A stretch of 62,555 bases of DNA, the filler included, from Bipalium vagum (taxonomy: Eukaryota): assembly GCA_037834085.1 (NCBI GenBank). It is 3 parts of 3 records of this genome, joined end to end, with 100 filler letters (N's around TTAATTAATTAA, not from the genome) between each part and the next. Parts side by side here need not be neighbours in the genome. Positions count along the whole stretch, not along the records: positions 45,492 to 62,555 come from JBBMKC010080270.1; 2 more parts are not named here. One strand, 5' to 3'. Made by a program: the position numbers and the translations under genes. Shown here one piece after another: positions 49,044 to 62,555 of the stretch. The notes beneath the pieces were generated by a model. That model saw nothing but the letters and a program-made list of their open reading frames with translations, did no database searches and was not told the DNA's origin. Every line of letters starts with the position of its first letter. Position 1 is the first letter of the stretch.

Positions 49044-50273
49044 CAGGGTGCCAGACAAAAAATCATAAAATTCAAAATTATAAAAGATAAAACAATAATT
49101 TTATTAGCAAAATTTATTAACACTATAAATGATTTTCAATATGATTTCCATGAGCCAACGAACATAAAAGTAGAAGTTCTACCCAAGTTGTAATATATTT
49201 TTGATTTTTTTCAATTGAGATGCTGTTCCAAGTTTCAGTCAACAGTCCTTTTAATGACTTTTTTATATCATTTCTTTCCGTTGTAACTCGAATTGATGTA
49301 ACAGTATACACCAAATGGCAAAATCCATCAGATTTTGGTCAGAAAATTTGGATGACCACTCGCTAGGCTGGATGAAAGCCGGTGTATTGTCTTTGAGCCA
49401 TAAAATCATATTTATAGCTGTGTGAGCTTTTGCTTCATCCTGCTGCCAATCCCATTCCTTTCCATTCATTGTTTTTTTGATGTCTTCAAAGATTTAATGG
49501 CACATTTCACCTTTGTAAGCATGCTTATTAACTGTTTTTTCTTTTCTTTTTGTGCTGAGATACATCTTCTTGATCAGCAGCATATCCTTCAATAAAGCGC
49601 AACTCTGTTTTGCCATACCCTTAACACATGATCGAAGGCTGCTGCTTATCAATTTCTACCAATAAATCATCAATGGGAATGTCTGTCTTGATTTCTACAG
49701 AACGATGTATTGGTGGATGAAGACTGAAAATTGCTTCATCCGAAAACCAGAGCTACTTGTTCCTTGAAACTATTGATCATGATCAGAGATTTTTCTTGTC
49801 GTGCTTGCTTATGTGTATCAGTTAGATATTTGCATTTTAATTTGGAATTTTTTAGAATGCGAAATACTGTCCCTTTTGATAATTTTACCTGCCTAGAATC
49901 ATGTCTTCGACTGAAATATCCACCTTTGGTCTGACAGCGAGGTCTAACACGGTTTTTCTGGTAACTGAATCAATTAGCATTTTCTACCAGTCTTCTCAGT
50001 TTGGCAGTTGGTTATCCTTCTTTATTAAAAATGTTTACCAAACTACTATACTAATTTTGCTTGATTGCACCAAAGAAATCTGGTAAAATGTCATTGCATT
50101 TTGAAAATCCCAAGGTTGTATATTCATTTTTGAATATCACAATAACTTCCCGTTAAAGATTTGTCAATTGCGGCATTTGCTAGTAATTAAATTTAATAAT
50201 TAAAACAACAAAATAAGGTCATACATTTTTTATTGTTATTTCTGATTTTCTGGTTTTTTTGTGAGGTATCCTG
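49044..50273 (-). mobile_element. maT/DD37D transposon, about 1.23 kb, pseudogenised
   Basis: TIRs CAGGGTGCCAGACAAAAAA and CAGGATACCTCACAAAAAA with TA flanks. VFSDEAIF-like segment and WQQDEAKAH...SDQNLMDFAIW with 37 residues between the 2nd and 3rd D. Confidence 0.88.
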
Positions 50274-52006
50274 TATTTTGTAAAAACAGAGTAACTGGGA
50301 TATTCAAGCTATAAAAAAAAGAACATTCCTTTGATCAAAATTATCTCATTAAAAATTAAAGTTATAAAAATAAAGAATCAGTGTAAATTTAAATTAAATG
50401 ACCTAAGAGGTGTGTATTTTCTGAATTCTATATATATTCTAAGTTGGTGTACGTCCTTTAATTATAGACGTAGGCCAACTAACTTCCAGAATTGAGGTAA
50501 TTGCAAATGTAAGTAATAAATAACCTAAGTTAATATCAAAATCCGAACCTTGTTTATAAAGGAAAATCTAAATTTATTTTCATGTAAATTTCAATTAGTA
50601 TTGTGTTAAAGAAATGGCAAGTATCCTGAATTGAAATGAGATAACCCAGAAATTCAAATTTGTTCTGATGCTATGATGAGCCGATATGTCAAGTGTGAGT
50701 TCTCACATTCATCCCACGTTGCATAAACAGCATTTTTATAACCAGCTAAAGCGTGGATATCAGGCGCACTGTGACTTTACAAGGTGTAACCTGAAGAAAT
50801 TTTTGGCTCTGAACACAATTTATAAGGCGACTTCAATTTTGAAAGTAAGCTCCACAATCCTGGTCCCAGCAATCAGTTTGTAGTCGCTGGTTCTACAATT
50901 ATCCATCAGTTGATAATGGAGATTGTATCTCTACATTACTATAAAAGAAATCTTTTATTGTTAGGTAATTTACATAATTGTTTTTTATTCTTCGTTTAGT
51001 GCGGTACTTAAATTGCAGATTTATTAAAATTATTAATTATTTTCTTTTACCCATTTAGCAGTCTTTAATGCTCTGGGTGAACCCCACAATATATTTATTC
51101 ACTGCTGTAATTATATAATCATGTTTTGACTTGTACTTCTATTAATACATTTTTGTAATTCTGGACTATATTTTATCTGTTTACCTCAAGTGAAAAGAAT
51201 CACTTTAACTTCCACTTTTATTACTTTAAATATTTCTCAATAAACTATCAAATTTTGCTTATTTAAACTTTTTAGAAACTATGTACAACTAATTAATTTT
51301 TCAATTACAAAATGTCAACATTTTCTCGATCAGTAGTTACATTATTTTACTTTAAAATAGGTATATTCTTCTGACCTTTTGGATTTCATAGGTTTTTCCA
51401 ATTCTCTGACTAATATTTCTTAAATGATTATAAAAAACATTTCCCTTTCTTCACACATTCAAAGCAGAAAATACGGTTCATTCTTAAAGCTTGTGATAAA
51501 ATTAATGTAATACTACTCTCGGGTTGGAATGCTTACTGACGTCCAAAAACTTTAATTGCAAAACTATATTACTATTCAAAAATTTCGAACTAAAGGTTGA
51601 TATTCTTTAAACTGATTTTCTCAGAGAAAAAGTCATTTTACAGATATATTCGAAAAAAATCGAACAAAAAAATAATAAAACAAATAAACTGATCAGTAAC
51701 ACATAAGTAACCATCATTAAGCAGCTTACAGAAAATTCAACCTATTTTTAAAATCCTAAATAATTTTTGGTGTTATTACTATTATTATTAATATTATTTA
51801 TTATAATCAAAAGACAAAAAGCGGGGTTAAAGGTTAAATAGTTCCAAAAAAACAAAGTTTACATAAAATACACGATTAATTAAGCACAATTACCAGGACA
51901 AAATCTTTATTTATATATCCATAGACTATTGCCAGAAAAATAACGAAAGAAATATCACCACTCAAACGCACTTCATTCACACAAATAGAACTAACAAGAC
52001 GACGTT

Positions 52007-55000
52007 TCAGAAGGTTTTCTTCAAATAACTCCGGCCGAAAATAAAATTGAGAAATCGGTCAATAATAAGTGACGCAAAAAAGTCTAAAACAAGAACCTTT
52101 TGCACCAGAGAACTAAGCTGGAAAAGAGAAACGATTATCATCAGAAATATTGGAAAAAAAATTCATTTTCTTACTTCTTCAGGTAAAGGAACTATTTTGA
52201 ACTGCTCCGCAGCCTCTGGAACAAGACCCGTAGCCAATAAAAAGATGCCAATTACTGAAATTCCCAGACTGACTAACAAAGGACGATTGTCTTTTAAGGA
52301 TTCCATAAAAGGATGGCCCTTGTAGTTTACGGCAAAGGTCGTGGTCTGAAATTGTTGTTTTTCGTTAAAAATGTAACATCACAAAGAGAAATTTTATAGC
52401 CACCTGCATTGCTATAGAAATGATGTATACCACTGTATTGAGAATATTGGGCTGAAATTCTGACTCTAGATCAACTGATCCTGTACTGTTCGAAGAAGTT
52501 GAGCCGTTCAAGTTTGATGTGACATTAACCGTCGTAAAATTGGCGCCGGAAATCGAAGAATTTCTTTGAAAAATATTACAATTAAAATCGACAAAAAAAA
52601 TTTTATTTGACAAGTGGTGAAAATTGGAAAAAAATACAGGAAAAGTTTATAATATTATCTAAGAAAACAGATTCTCTACCAAAGAAAGTGTCGAAATAAA
52701 AAATAATAAATGAATAATAAAAATATTTAGAAAAGATTTGGAATAGGTTTTACACATTTTTTATTTCTTTTATTTTTGATTATTACCGAAAACATTGGGG
52801 ATAAAAAGTAGAAAAATAATTAATTTTCATAAAAAATTAAAATCATTTTAAAAAAATTGATACTAGAACATTAATCGGTAGAGAAGACAAAATTAAAAAA
52901 GGATCGATTATATCCAATAAAATTTTTTTGCAATTAAACCATGCAAAAAATGTGATTTAAAATTTAAAATTGATTCATTGATCCATTATGTTGTGTATCA
53001 ACTTTACGATAATTGAGATGATAAAAATCTTAAACCAGGGAAAACTGGTTTCGAAAAAGACTTTATTATTACAGAAAAAATTAAGACGAGGTTCAAAATG
53101 ACGTACTTGATTGGCATATATTGGTGGGCTGCGTTTGAGAGAACATACAGTGAATAAAAATGTATGGAGAACTGCATCAAAACAGTGAACAGAGTGTAAA
53201 TGTTAAAAATATTTGCAAGTGGCCGTTGTTTGGATAGTTCTTTCAGTGGCTACAAAAAAAATCAAAATATTTTTACAAAAAAATTTCTAAGAATATCAAT
53301 AAATATTATTACTTAATATTAAGTATTATTAAACACAAAATTTGTTAATAACAATTATCAAATCAATAATCTCTAATGTAGACTCAAATGTGATTCAAAT
53401 TTTCAGTAATATTGGTTATCATTTTTATATTATTATCATCATTTATACTATTATTAGTGCCATTATAATTATCATAACTATTATAAGTATTATTATTGTT
53501 ATTATCTCCATTATTATTATTTTATTTTTATTATTATTATTAATTATTATTAATAATAATTTTTTATTATTATTACCTTGCTTCGTGATATGAAGAGGAA
53601 GCAGCCGGCTAATAAAAGTGCTTGAATAGTTGCTTGTGCGTCAGAAAATTTCACTCCATCTAGATACAAGACTGACTGACTGTAAGCCAAAATCAAAGCG
53701 TTGAGAGCCAAGATTTTAAACATCTGTAAAGTTGTAACAAGAGTGCATCGCCCTTGTTTGATTATGTGACTTACTAAAATCAATAAAAGAAAATCATTAA
53801 TATTATTTCATAGTTGGTTTCCGAAAATTTAGAACATAAATTTCACCTCCACGAATTGAAGACATTTTCACCGTAAATGGAGCCGCTATACTCGCATCTC
53901 CTAATCGAACGACTTGAGCTTTATCCTCCATTTCCATTTCATTTAAAAGTGAATTCAATTTCGGATTGACAGAAGATGAGAGATTTCCTTGTTTCGAATT
54001 TGTTGTTGAATTCGTTACTGGAAGCTTATTCCGATTGTTGCTTGCCAGCTTTTGTGCTCTTATACTGGCATGGCTGACGGACTTCTTTGATTTCGATTCG
54101 TCATTTATTTCAGTGTCTTTGGCTGAATGAGTTTCAGGAGCGGTGATGGACTGCTGAACTGGATCGGGAGCATTTGCAAGTAAAGCGACTCCTGAATAAA
54201 TTTAAGAACATAATTCGTACTGGAATTATATTTATATTATAGATCAGCATTCATACAATCAAATTATATTTAATAAAAAGTATTTAAATGTAATTTTAAG
54301 ATTCCGTTTGTCGGTAAAAATCTTGAAATCTATATTAGACGGAGGTACATTTTCGAACCCAGTCTTCTGTCATTTATTTTGAAAGAAGCGCATTACGATA
54401 TGATAAAAAAACACCCATCACAAACTCTAGAAAAAAATCAAGTGTTGGAACTATTTCTTTCAGTTTAACTTTAAAAGCAAGTGATAATTATTAATAATCT
54501 GAGCTAGAAAATTATAAAATAATCAATTGGTACATATCTTTATTTCAGTCCACATAAAATCAATCAATTAAAAACAAAGAAAACAGGAACAATTTTTGTG
54601 AGAATTACCAAGCTTAATTCTACAACAAATCAATTATGTTCCCAGAATTAACTATGATTCGTCCAGTTATATATTTCAAGAAATCATAGAACAAATCCGT
54701 AATCTCACGTCAAAAAAGTCAATTATTTATTAAACAATCATTGACAGACTCAAACATACTCACATTTACAGGAGCTTCTCGGGGATTTGAGAAAATTAAA
54801 AATTTATGTTTATATGCTTAACATTGATTTATAAGTTCTTATCTCTCTCTAAATAAAACTTGAATAAACAAAAATCGTGAACACTTACCGACATGCGCCT
54901 GCTTTAAGGCTCCGACATCGTTTGTTCCATCGCCACACATAAGAGTAACATATCCCAATTCTTTGAGACCAATTACTATTTGTTCCTTTTGCTTTGGAGC

Positions 55001-58000
55001 AACTCTCGCATAAACTCGAACGATAGGGAGAATTTTTCGAAGGAAAAGCGGATCGTTTTTTTCTAAGAACTTAATGCCATCCCCAGTGACACAAAAGTCA
55101 TATTTCGCTATTAATTCTTTTATCGGACTCTCCAATTTCCAAGGTAGTGATACAGTATAATTGATTGATTCCCAATGCCATTCTTGATCTGTTAAACAAA
55201 ATCAATTGAAGAAAACAAATCAATGTCAAAAAACGAAATTGTCACGTACTGAAACTGTTGGGTTTCGTTAAAATAAGAGTAACGTCTTTCCTTAAAAATT
55301 TCAACTCTCTACTGATATGACAAGCTGTAAGAGGATTATCACCGGTTATCATGGTTACATGATGACTGGATTGCAGAATTTCTTTGATGACGGATTTCGT
55401 ATCTTTTTTCAATGGGCAAGAAATGACAACAAAGCCACAGAAGCTCAAATCTTTTTCTACATCACCTCTTTTTAAATCTCGCACCTGAAAATAAGACGAT
55501 AATCGATTAAAAATCTTCAATTAAATTTCGTACGGCTTGATGTGACAATATCCCCATATCTCTGTGACCTAAGGCTAAGACTCTGGCACCTCGGCGAGAT
55601 AAGTCTAAGTAAACTTGATCATAATCTTTTGGTGCATCAATAAACATGTCTTTCATAACTTCAGGAGATCCCTTAACAGTTGCAATATAGGAAATATCAG
55701 TGGATCCCAATTTCGAATGTCCGGCAATAACAGACATTCGTTGGATTGAGCTGCTAAAATGAAATCGATAATAGATTTTCAACGGATGGGTTTTATAAGA
55801 GGCGCTGGGAAAAACAACATCGCCTTTGGAAAGGGTCCAATTTGCAGATTCGATTATTGCCTTCTCAAGTGGGTCTCCTATGATATCATGATCCATTTGA
55901 ACAAGAGCATGACAGGTAGCTAAGACCTGTACTGTTTTGATTGGACATTCATTAACAGGAAGGAGATTATTATTAGTTGATATGCCTTGTGAACTACAAT
56001 GTCAAAAGTAAATAGATTTCAATATTTTGAAAAATATTAGTACTAATAAGGTATTATTAATAACAGTAAGACAAAAATTGAACTTCTGCCAATAGTAACA
56101 CTACTAATATAATCATTAAAGTTAAAATATTGATGATAATATTATTAATGATTATTATTTACAGCCACGTTATCAATATTTTTCGAATTCATTAGTCAAA
56201 ATTTAACAATTAGACGAATATTACTAAACTAAGTTTTAAAGTTGATCTATTAATTATAACTGTAAATTTAAAAATTAAGAAAATGAATTAAAAATTCTAA
56301 AATTGTTAAATGTTTTTTAAGAAAAGCATAAATTTTTAGAACAGAAATTAATTTTATAATTATTCTTTAAAATGTCAAAATTATTATTTAAATATTAAAT
56401 TATTTCAAAAAAATTTATACATTGAATAAAACAATGTTTTTGAAAATAAATATATATTAAACTCAGTTGTGAATTGATTTTGAGTAATACTGACAATACA
56501 AATAATAAAAATAACATTAATTATTAATTAATAATAATAATATTTAATACTTAGCTTTAAATATTTTTAAAAATTACTTTAATCCTGCCACACCATCAAC
56601 CAGCATTTCATCTTTGGTCAAAGTACCGGTTTTATCAAAGCAGCAAATGTCAATCTTTCCGCCAAATGGTATTCGAAAAGGTTCAGTACAAAAGACCACT
56701 GAAAATAAATATAACCATCATCATATTCATTTTTCTCGTATTTCATTATAAAGCAAATTAATGAAATCAAAATATTTAGTCTGCTTTTTTTGAATATTGT
56801 GAATTCAATTTTCAATATTTAATCGGACCAATGTGAGTGATCAGTGCATATAATAAAAAAATTAAGAATGTGTCAAAGAAGCATGTCAAAAATCCTTTGT
56901 CAACAAGAATAAAGGCTAATAAAATCAAAGGAAATTAATTCCTATAAGTTGCTGATTGAGTTATCAATATTTTTTGTATTTCCAAAATTTTCATTTGTTT
57001 TATTCATAGATATTTAAGAAATTTTTTATAATAGTTTTATGTTTGGATTTTGAGAAATTTCTTCATAAAGTCTCTATTGACCTCTAAACCACTGCATTTA
57101 TCGATTCATTCATAAAACTAATTCACTACAATTCTCATCTTGCTTTTATTTATTAGCTTTATCAATCATCTAAATCTCTCACTCATTTTTTATTGCCAGA
57201 AGTCTTTTCGAATTCAATAAGATCTTCCTTGTTACTAGAGAGAGAAAATGACAGCAGTTAATTACTAAAGTATATCAAATGAGATCATTATTATTTTTAC
57301 AAATACTGAATTTTTCATAACGAATAAATTAAAATCGACTGATATTATTTGATGAATTCTTGTTTAATTAATAAATACGCCTCATAAAATGGACTTACAA
57401 AGTTTAGTCAATGCTAAGAGTGAAGAATTGACTGCCAATGATAATTCAATAGGTAATTCAGGTGGAACAACCGATGTCAAAATCAAAGTACACTCCAAAA
57501 ACAGTTTATATTTGTTCCTCTTCGGATCTTGAGTACCTGGAAAGAAATGTCAAAATAAAATGGATGAAATACTAAAACTTTATCACAAACAATAATTAAT
57601 AATTAATTTTATCAAAAATATTTGACTAAAGATACATTAAAAAATTCTATAGTAATTTAATTATTGACTCAATCTAAGTTTTATTTTCAATTACCATTGA
57701 AAGAAACAATAGTGGAATCTGACCACCAAGGACAGGGCGGAGAAGTCAGCCTCATTAGTACTCAAATTGGTCAAAAAAACTTTTTTCCTTTTTTAAATAC
57801 TTTTTCTAAATATAAAAATTGAAAATGTATCTAGTTACACAAAACTCATGTTTTAAAAAGTGAAGGTTTAAGAAACGAAGGTTTGTCAAGTGACTGCGAT
57901 CCTTGTTAAACTAATTTATAATCAAAAACTAATTCAAAATGTATTTCTAGCGATTAACAATAAGACTATTCCAACTGTTCCAAACTATTTCTTTATCCTA

Positions 58001-60971
58001 ATTTTATCTATAAAATGATTCATCATGATCATTGATTCATTTTTATCTATTTATTTTAACTTAAATTAATTATTACATATTTACATATTGTTGACTTTTA
58101 TTAATAAATCTTACTTTATTCCATTTATCTTTAAAATGCTAATTTCACTCGAATTAAGGTAATCAAATTTTACTTTAGTTTAAAATGATAAATGTAATCT
58201 TTTAGAATTTTAAAGTATATATTTTATCCATTAAATAACGCTATTTAACTTTAAATGCTACGATTAATAATAAAATTTGTAAAAAAAAGATATGGCTAAC
58301 CCCGATATCTTTATACATTATTACATTAAGTAATGTTTTTTATCCGAATTTCATCAAGAAAATCTTCCATATGAAAAAAAAAGATTCACAAATATTATAT
58401 TCCATATTTTAATTTTTCAAAATTTTATTGATTATTAATTTTAAAATTAAATCGATTTATAAATGAATAAACAGATAAATTATTATTAGAATATTTAATT
58501 TAATTTAATTTGATTAATTTTTATATTTATTTTTAATATAACATTGGCATCAGTTATTGATAATTTACACTCGTTATTATGATGCAATTTTATCATGATG
58601 CAATGATAAAAACATAATTTAACATTACAAAAATACAATCAATGATACCTCGATAACTTTAATACTTTTAAATTTTTTGTGACTTTAATGTAATTAAAAT
58701 TATTTATTTTAATATTCATGATACAAATTATAAAAAATTAGATCAAAAATCAATTGTAAAGTTTCATAACTACTTTTTGTTAATAAGAAAATAGTTAATG
58801 TTATTGCTTTCTGGAGGAAATTTGCATAATGAAGATTTTTAACATTATCCGTTAAAATTTGGACTCACTTGAAAGCTACAATTTACCAACATAAATAGAA
58901 CAGTTTGTCGTAGCAAGGATAGTATTTAAATAAAAACCCTCTAAATTCCGTTTATAATGATGAATTTTGATTAGTTGAAAATCATGCTGTCAGATCAGAG
59001 ATAGCGGATCTTAAGCAAAAACACGAAACACTTACCTTTAATCCATACATATGATGCAGCGATTATTGCAAATACCAACAGAAACAGGATGAACATAAAC
59101 GTCTCAATGTTGTTGGCAGTAACACGTTTGACGCTGTAGAGAATTGTTTTAAGCAATCTTCCTTGTGAAGAATTGAATCCGGTTCTCAACACGAAAGCCA
59201 GACAACCGTTGTCAGGAGCTTAATTCAAAACAATAAAATATTACAAAAAATAAAAAAGCGTTTAACGTAATACTTCATTCATCTACCTTTGACATTACAA
59301 TCCGTTAAAAGGATTAATAAATATGAAAGCAATAAAAAAGAACGAAAATGAAGATATATTACCGTACTTGCTTTTATGAAATTCAACGAAAATCAATCAA
59401 TTTTATAAAATTAAACAATCAATTAATTAAACATTACTAAATTGATAACAATTGTTTTAATCGATAATTAAAATGACAACATATTTTTGATGAAGTTATT
59501 ATAAAAGATTCATAATTTTCAAAATGTAATTAAATTCACCAAAATATTAGCTTAGCAATCGAACGATAAGCTGAAAATAATTACCTTTCAACTTATTATT
59601 TGCTTTAGTTGGTGGAGTGTGTTGGACTATTTTTGTCCCCCCAGACAAAATGTGAAGTTTACTTTCTTCTTCCATATTTAGAATTTGCTTTTCATCGACT
59701 TCTTCCACTGACTCCTATAAATAGAAATGACATGGGAATTTATATCCAAGAAACCCCTACCTTCATAACAGGTACAGATTCACCAGTCAGCATTGATTCA
59801 TCTACAATGCACGAACCTCTCAACAAAAGCATGTCACAAGGAATCAAGTTATCAGATTTCAATCGGGGTAACGAAACAATGTCGCCCACTACAATTTCGT
59901 CTGTGCTGATTTGAATCCATTTTTTACACCTGTATGCCTGAAAAGTAGAAAAATATGTAAAATCACTTAAACGTAAAGACGATTCAAGACTACACACACG
60001 AAACGCTCAAATTAGAGCAACATATGATATTATAACATAAAAATGCATAACTACCATTAACTTATAAGGCTTGTTACCCATTGCTCGTATTTCTGACATG
60101 TTTTTCATTTGCTGTTGCACCAGAGTACATTCAAAAACAACGAGCATAAATAACGTAAAGAGTGAATAATACCAGTATTCATCCAAGCACCACAGACCGA
60201 CACAAAACAACTGAAAGACAAAAAACGGAGCTGTCGCTCTTTCAATGAACAATTCATTGAATTTCGGAACATCCATTACCATCCTAAAGAAAAGAATTTC
60301 ACGCTTAATCATTTAGAATGCTATTACTGGTTTTTGTCATAAATTGAAACCGCGATATTGACCTCTTCTTCAGTTTGGTGTCCTTTGAATTCATTATAAT
60401 ACTGGATTTTTTCAGATATTGGAAATTGAATTTGTGTAAAAGCTTTTTCATCAATATTATACGTATATTTGACTTTCTGGAAAATGAACCAATACAGTGG
60501 TTTACCCGTCACTAAATCCTAAAAATTACTGATAATTATCAAATCTCGAATTCAATACATGCTTTTGATTTCTGGAGTTTGACAAGATCGGAACATCCAT
60601 TGTTAGGAGTTGGTATGACCTTGACAATGGTTGCTTTAGTAATATTATTTTCCTAAAAGTACAAACGTTAAGTTTAAAATTAAGTACAAATGTAAATTTT
60701 CACTAACTTTTCGACAAGTTAACAAACATTTAATAAATACAAACCAATGGCAAAATAGACAGACCAATATTTGAAGACATCCAATAATTGCTAGTACTAT
60801 TAACCCAGCTTCAAAATATTCATTAAAATCCCAGAAAGTTAACCAAAAATAAAAGACCGCGAAATACAAAAATATAAATGGAATCACATAGCCATGAAAT
60901 ATAATTGGCAATGGCAGGTATAACGAGATATGAGATATATACTCAGAATTTTTAACTATAAAATTTTCCAT
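52007..60971 (-). CDS. ATP13A1: P5A-type ATPase (ATP13A1/Spf1 orthologue; ER transmembrane-helix dislocase), complete, 18 exons, about 1214 aa
   Basis: Manually spliced exons: 60708-60971, 60563-60652, 60328-60518, 60055-60283, 59761-59937, 59585-59714, 59036-59218, 57399-57536, 56578-56698, 55534-55993, 55250-55484, 54889-55188, 53847-54191, 53577-53773, 53107-53249, 52404-52563, 52175-52345, 52007-52117. They sum to 3645 nt with consistent phases. Motifs: [47 protein letters not shown]5A-specific [74 protein letters not shown]. Confidence 0.97.
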
Positions 60972-62555
60972 ATTAATATTCAACTCAAAATTCGTTTATA
61001 TTATGCAACATCGACTGCTTTAGTCTATTCTATAATATGGTGTATTATAACAAAATATTTATTTTGTATTAATAATTGTTATAAAACGTAATTATTTATC
61101 TTTTAAAAATAACTGATAAAGAAATTCTAGAAAATTGTTTATTGTTTTTAAGGTGAATATTTTTAATTAATTTATATAATTACGAAAACATTTTAATAAA
61201 TTAAAGCTTCAGTAAACTTTATTTGTATATATTTTTGGTGATGATTTTAAAAATATAATAATTTTAATAGTTATCAGTTATGTAAGCATTCGAATATTAA
61301 TTAAAACTTTAGAATAAGTAACAAACGAATTATAAACATAAATAGAAAAATAAAAATGAACTTCAAAATAACTAATATTTATTAATAAAATCTTCTAATT
61401 ATTGAATTTTATGTTATTAAATTTTTAAAAACAGGAAAAATATACGACAGAATGTTAACAATAAAATACCAGACATTTATGAAATAATTTTAATTATTAT
61501 AAAGATCATATAAGAATTAACATTGGATTTCGAGACAGTAACTAAACTAAAAATGTATTAAACTATATAGGTATGACCCCGAAAGTCCTGAAAAATACAA
61601 ATGAATTCAACGTGGCTGTTTGGGTTTAAGTCCCAAATAAATCTTCATATTAAATGATTGTCCAGAAATCATTAGATTCTTAGTTCCAAAGACCATTCAC
61701 CTAAGTTAGGACAAAACTGAAATATTTCACCAACCTTTATCTTTGTGTCCTCACTGGAAGGTTGATTTTTTAGCTTTCTCTAGTATACAGGCATGACTCC
61801 AATGATTCCACCAATGAATGATGGTAGAACCAGTGACTCAAAGCTGGCTTCTGAAGTTAGGATCGTATAACTTCCCTTCATATCAACGAAACCATGACTT
61901 TAATTGTTGCAGAAATTTATTTCAGTTAAGAAATCTCAGAAAAGGTACATGCTTCTATGTTCTTCTAAATTTGAATCTTATGTTTTGAATGATTTGATTG
62001 TTCAGAAAAGTTGGAAGACCGAGAGAAGCATGCAAATACCATAAAGAATGAAAGAAAATGGCAGATTTCTTTGTAAAACTAAATACCTTCAGAGGAAATC
62101 TGTGCATTTTTTCCATAGAGAGTGTTATAATTTAACAATAAAGGTGAATCTTTGTAAAAAGAAATGTTAACATCAGAAAACATCTGTTAAAAGTTATAAA
62201 AAAGTTATAATAGATATAATATTTTAACGATATAGGATTTTGAAACAACAAGGTTTACTTACAATGTATTATCATGAGTATAATTCTGAAGAAAATATTC
62301 AAGTAAAATTAGAGAAATTAATGGTAATATTAAATTAAGAATTTTTTCAACAGATATAAAAATTCATAAAATTCTATTTTTACATTTTTTTTAGAAAGTG
62401 AAAATAATGTTTACAACACAATACTGGTGTGCAAATTTAATGACAACAGTTGAAATTAATTATATTTAAAAATACATAAAATTTTTAATGTAGAAAATTA
62501 ATGTTTATTAAAAGTAATAAGTAAATAAATAATTTTTAACTTAATCAAATAACTA

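Noticed and set aside
53342-53593. 83-aa Ile-rich ORF (similarly 35458-35658, 31453-31785, 39215-39412)
   Set aside because: Translations of ATT/AAT low-complexity intronic DNA.
54340-54375. tRNA or SINE suggested by a GGTTCGAA B-box on the minus strand
   Set aside because: No A-box or cloverleaf could be built.
1-62555. CRISPR arrays, operons, rRNA or prokaryotic defence systems
   Set aside because: The sequence is intron-containing eukaryotic DNA, with no regularly spaced repeat-spacer array or rRNA-like segment seen.

Overview
Very AT-rich eukaryotic genomic DNA, not prokaryotic. It has short 44-60 bp spliceosomal introns, (AAT/ATT)n microsatellites and dense Tc1/mariner debris. By inference it is most like a triclad flatworm (planarian) draft assembly. 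Two 100-bp scaffold gaps (44N-TTAATTAATTAA-44N) are artificial. All recognisable host genes are on the minus strand: (1) a complete 18-exon P5A-ATPase ATP13A1/Spf1 orthologue (52007-60971, about 1214 aa) whose intron 2 appears to be GC-AG and which has an N-glycosylation-rich luminal insertion; (2) a partial multi-exon uncharacterised TPR protein gene (at least 28856-43714), mostly missed by the ORF track; (3) a 162-aa protein with motifs reminiscent of ciliary microtubule inner proteins (25333-25821); (4) a rhodopsin-class peptide-type GPCR with an uninterrupted coding ORF (4785-5741). Most of the first 50 kb holds roughly 30 decayed DNA transposons (mariner DD34D, Tc1 DD34E, a DD35E-spaced Tc1, maT DD37D, rosa DD41D, pogo), small MITE-like derivatives and a possible Penelope-like remnant. 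No rRNA, tRNA or CRISPR array was seen. I did not find a clearly new multi-gene system. The best leads are the candidate cilia-related genes, two structured non-coding islands (about 12.1 kb and 15.2 kb) and several unexplained exon-like islands.
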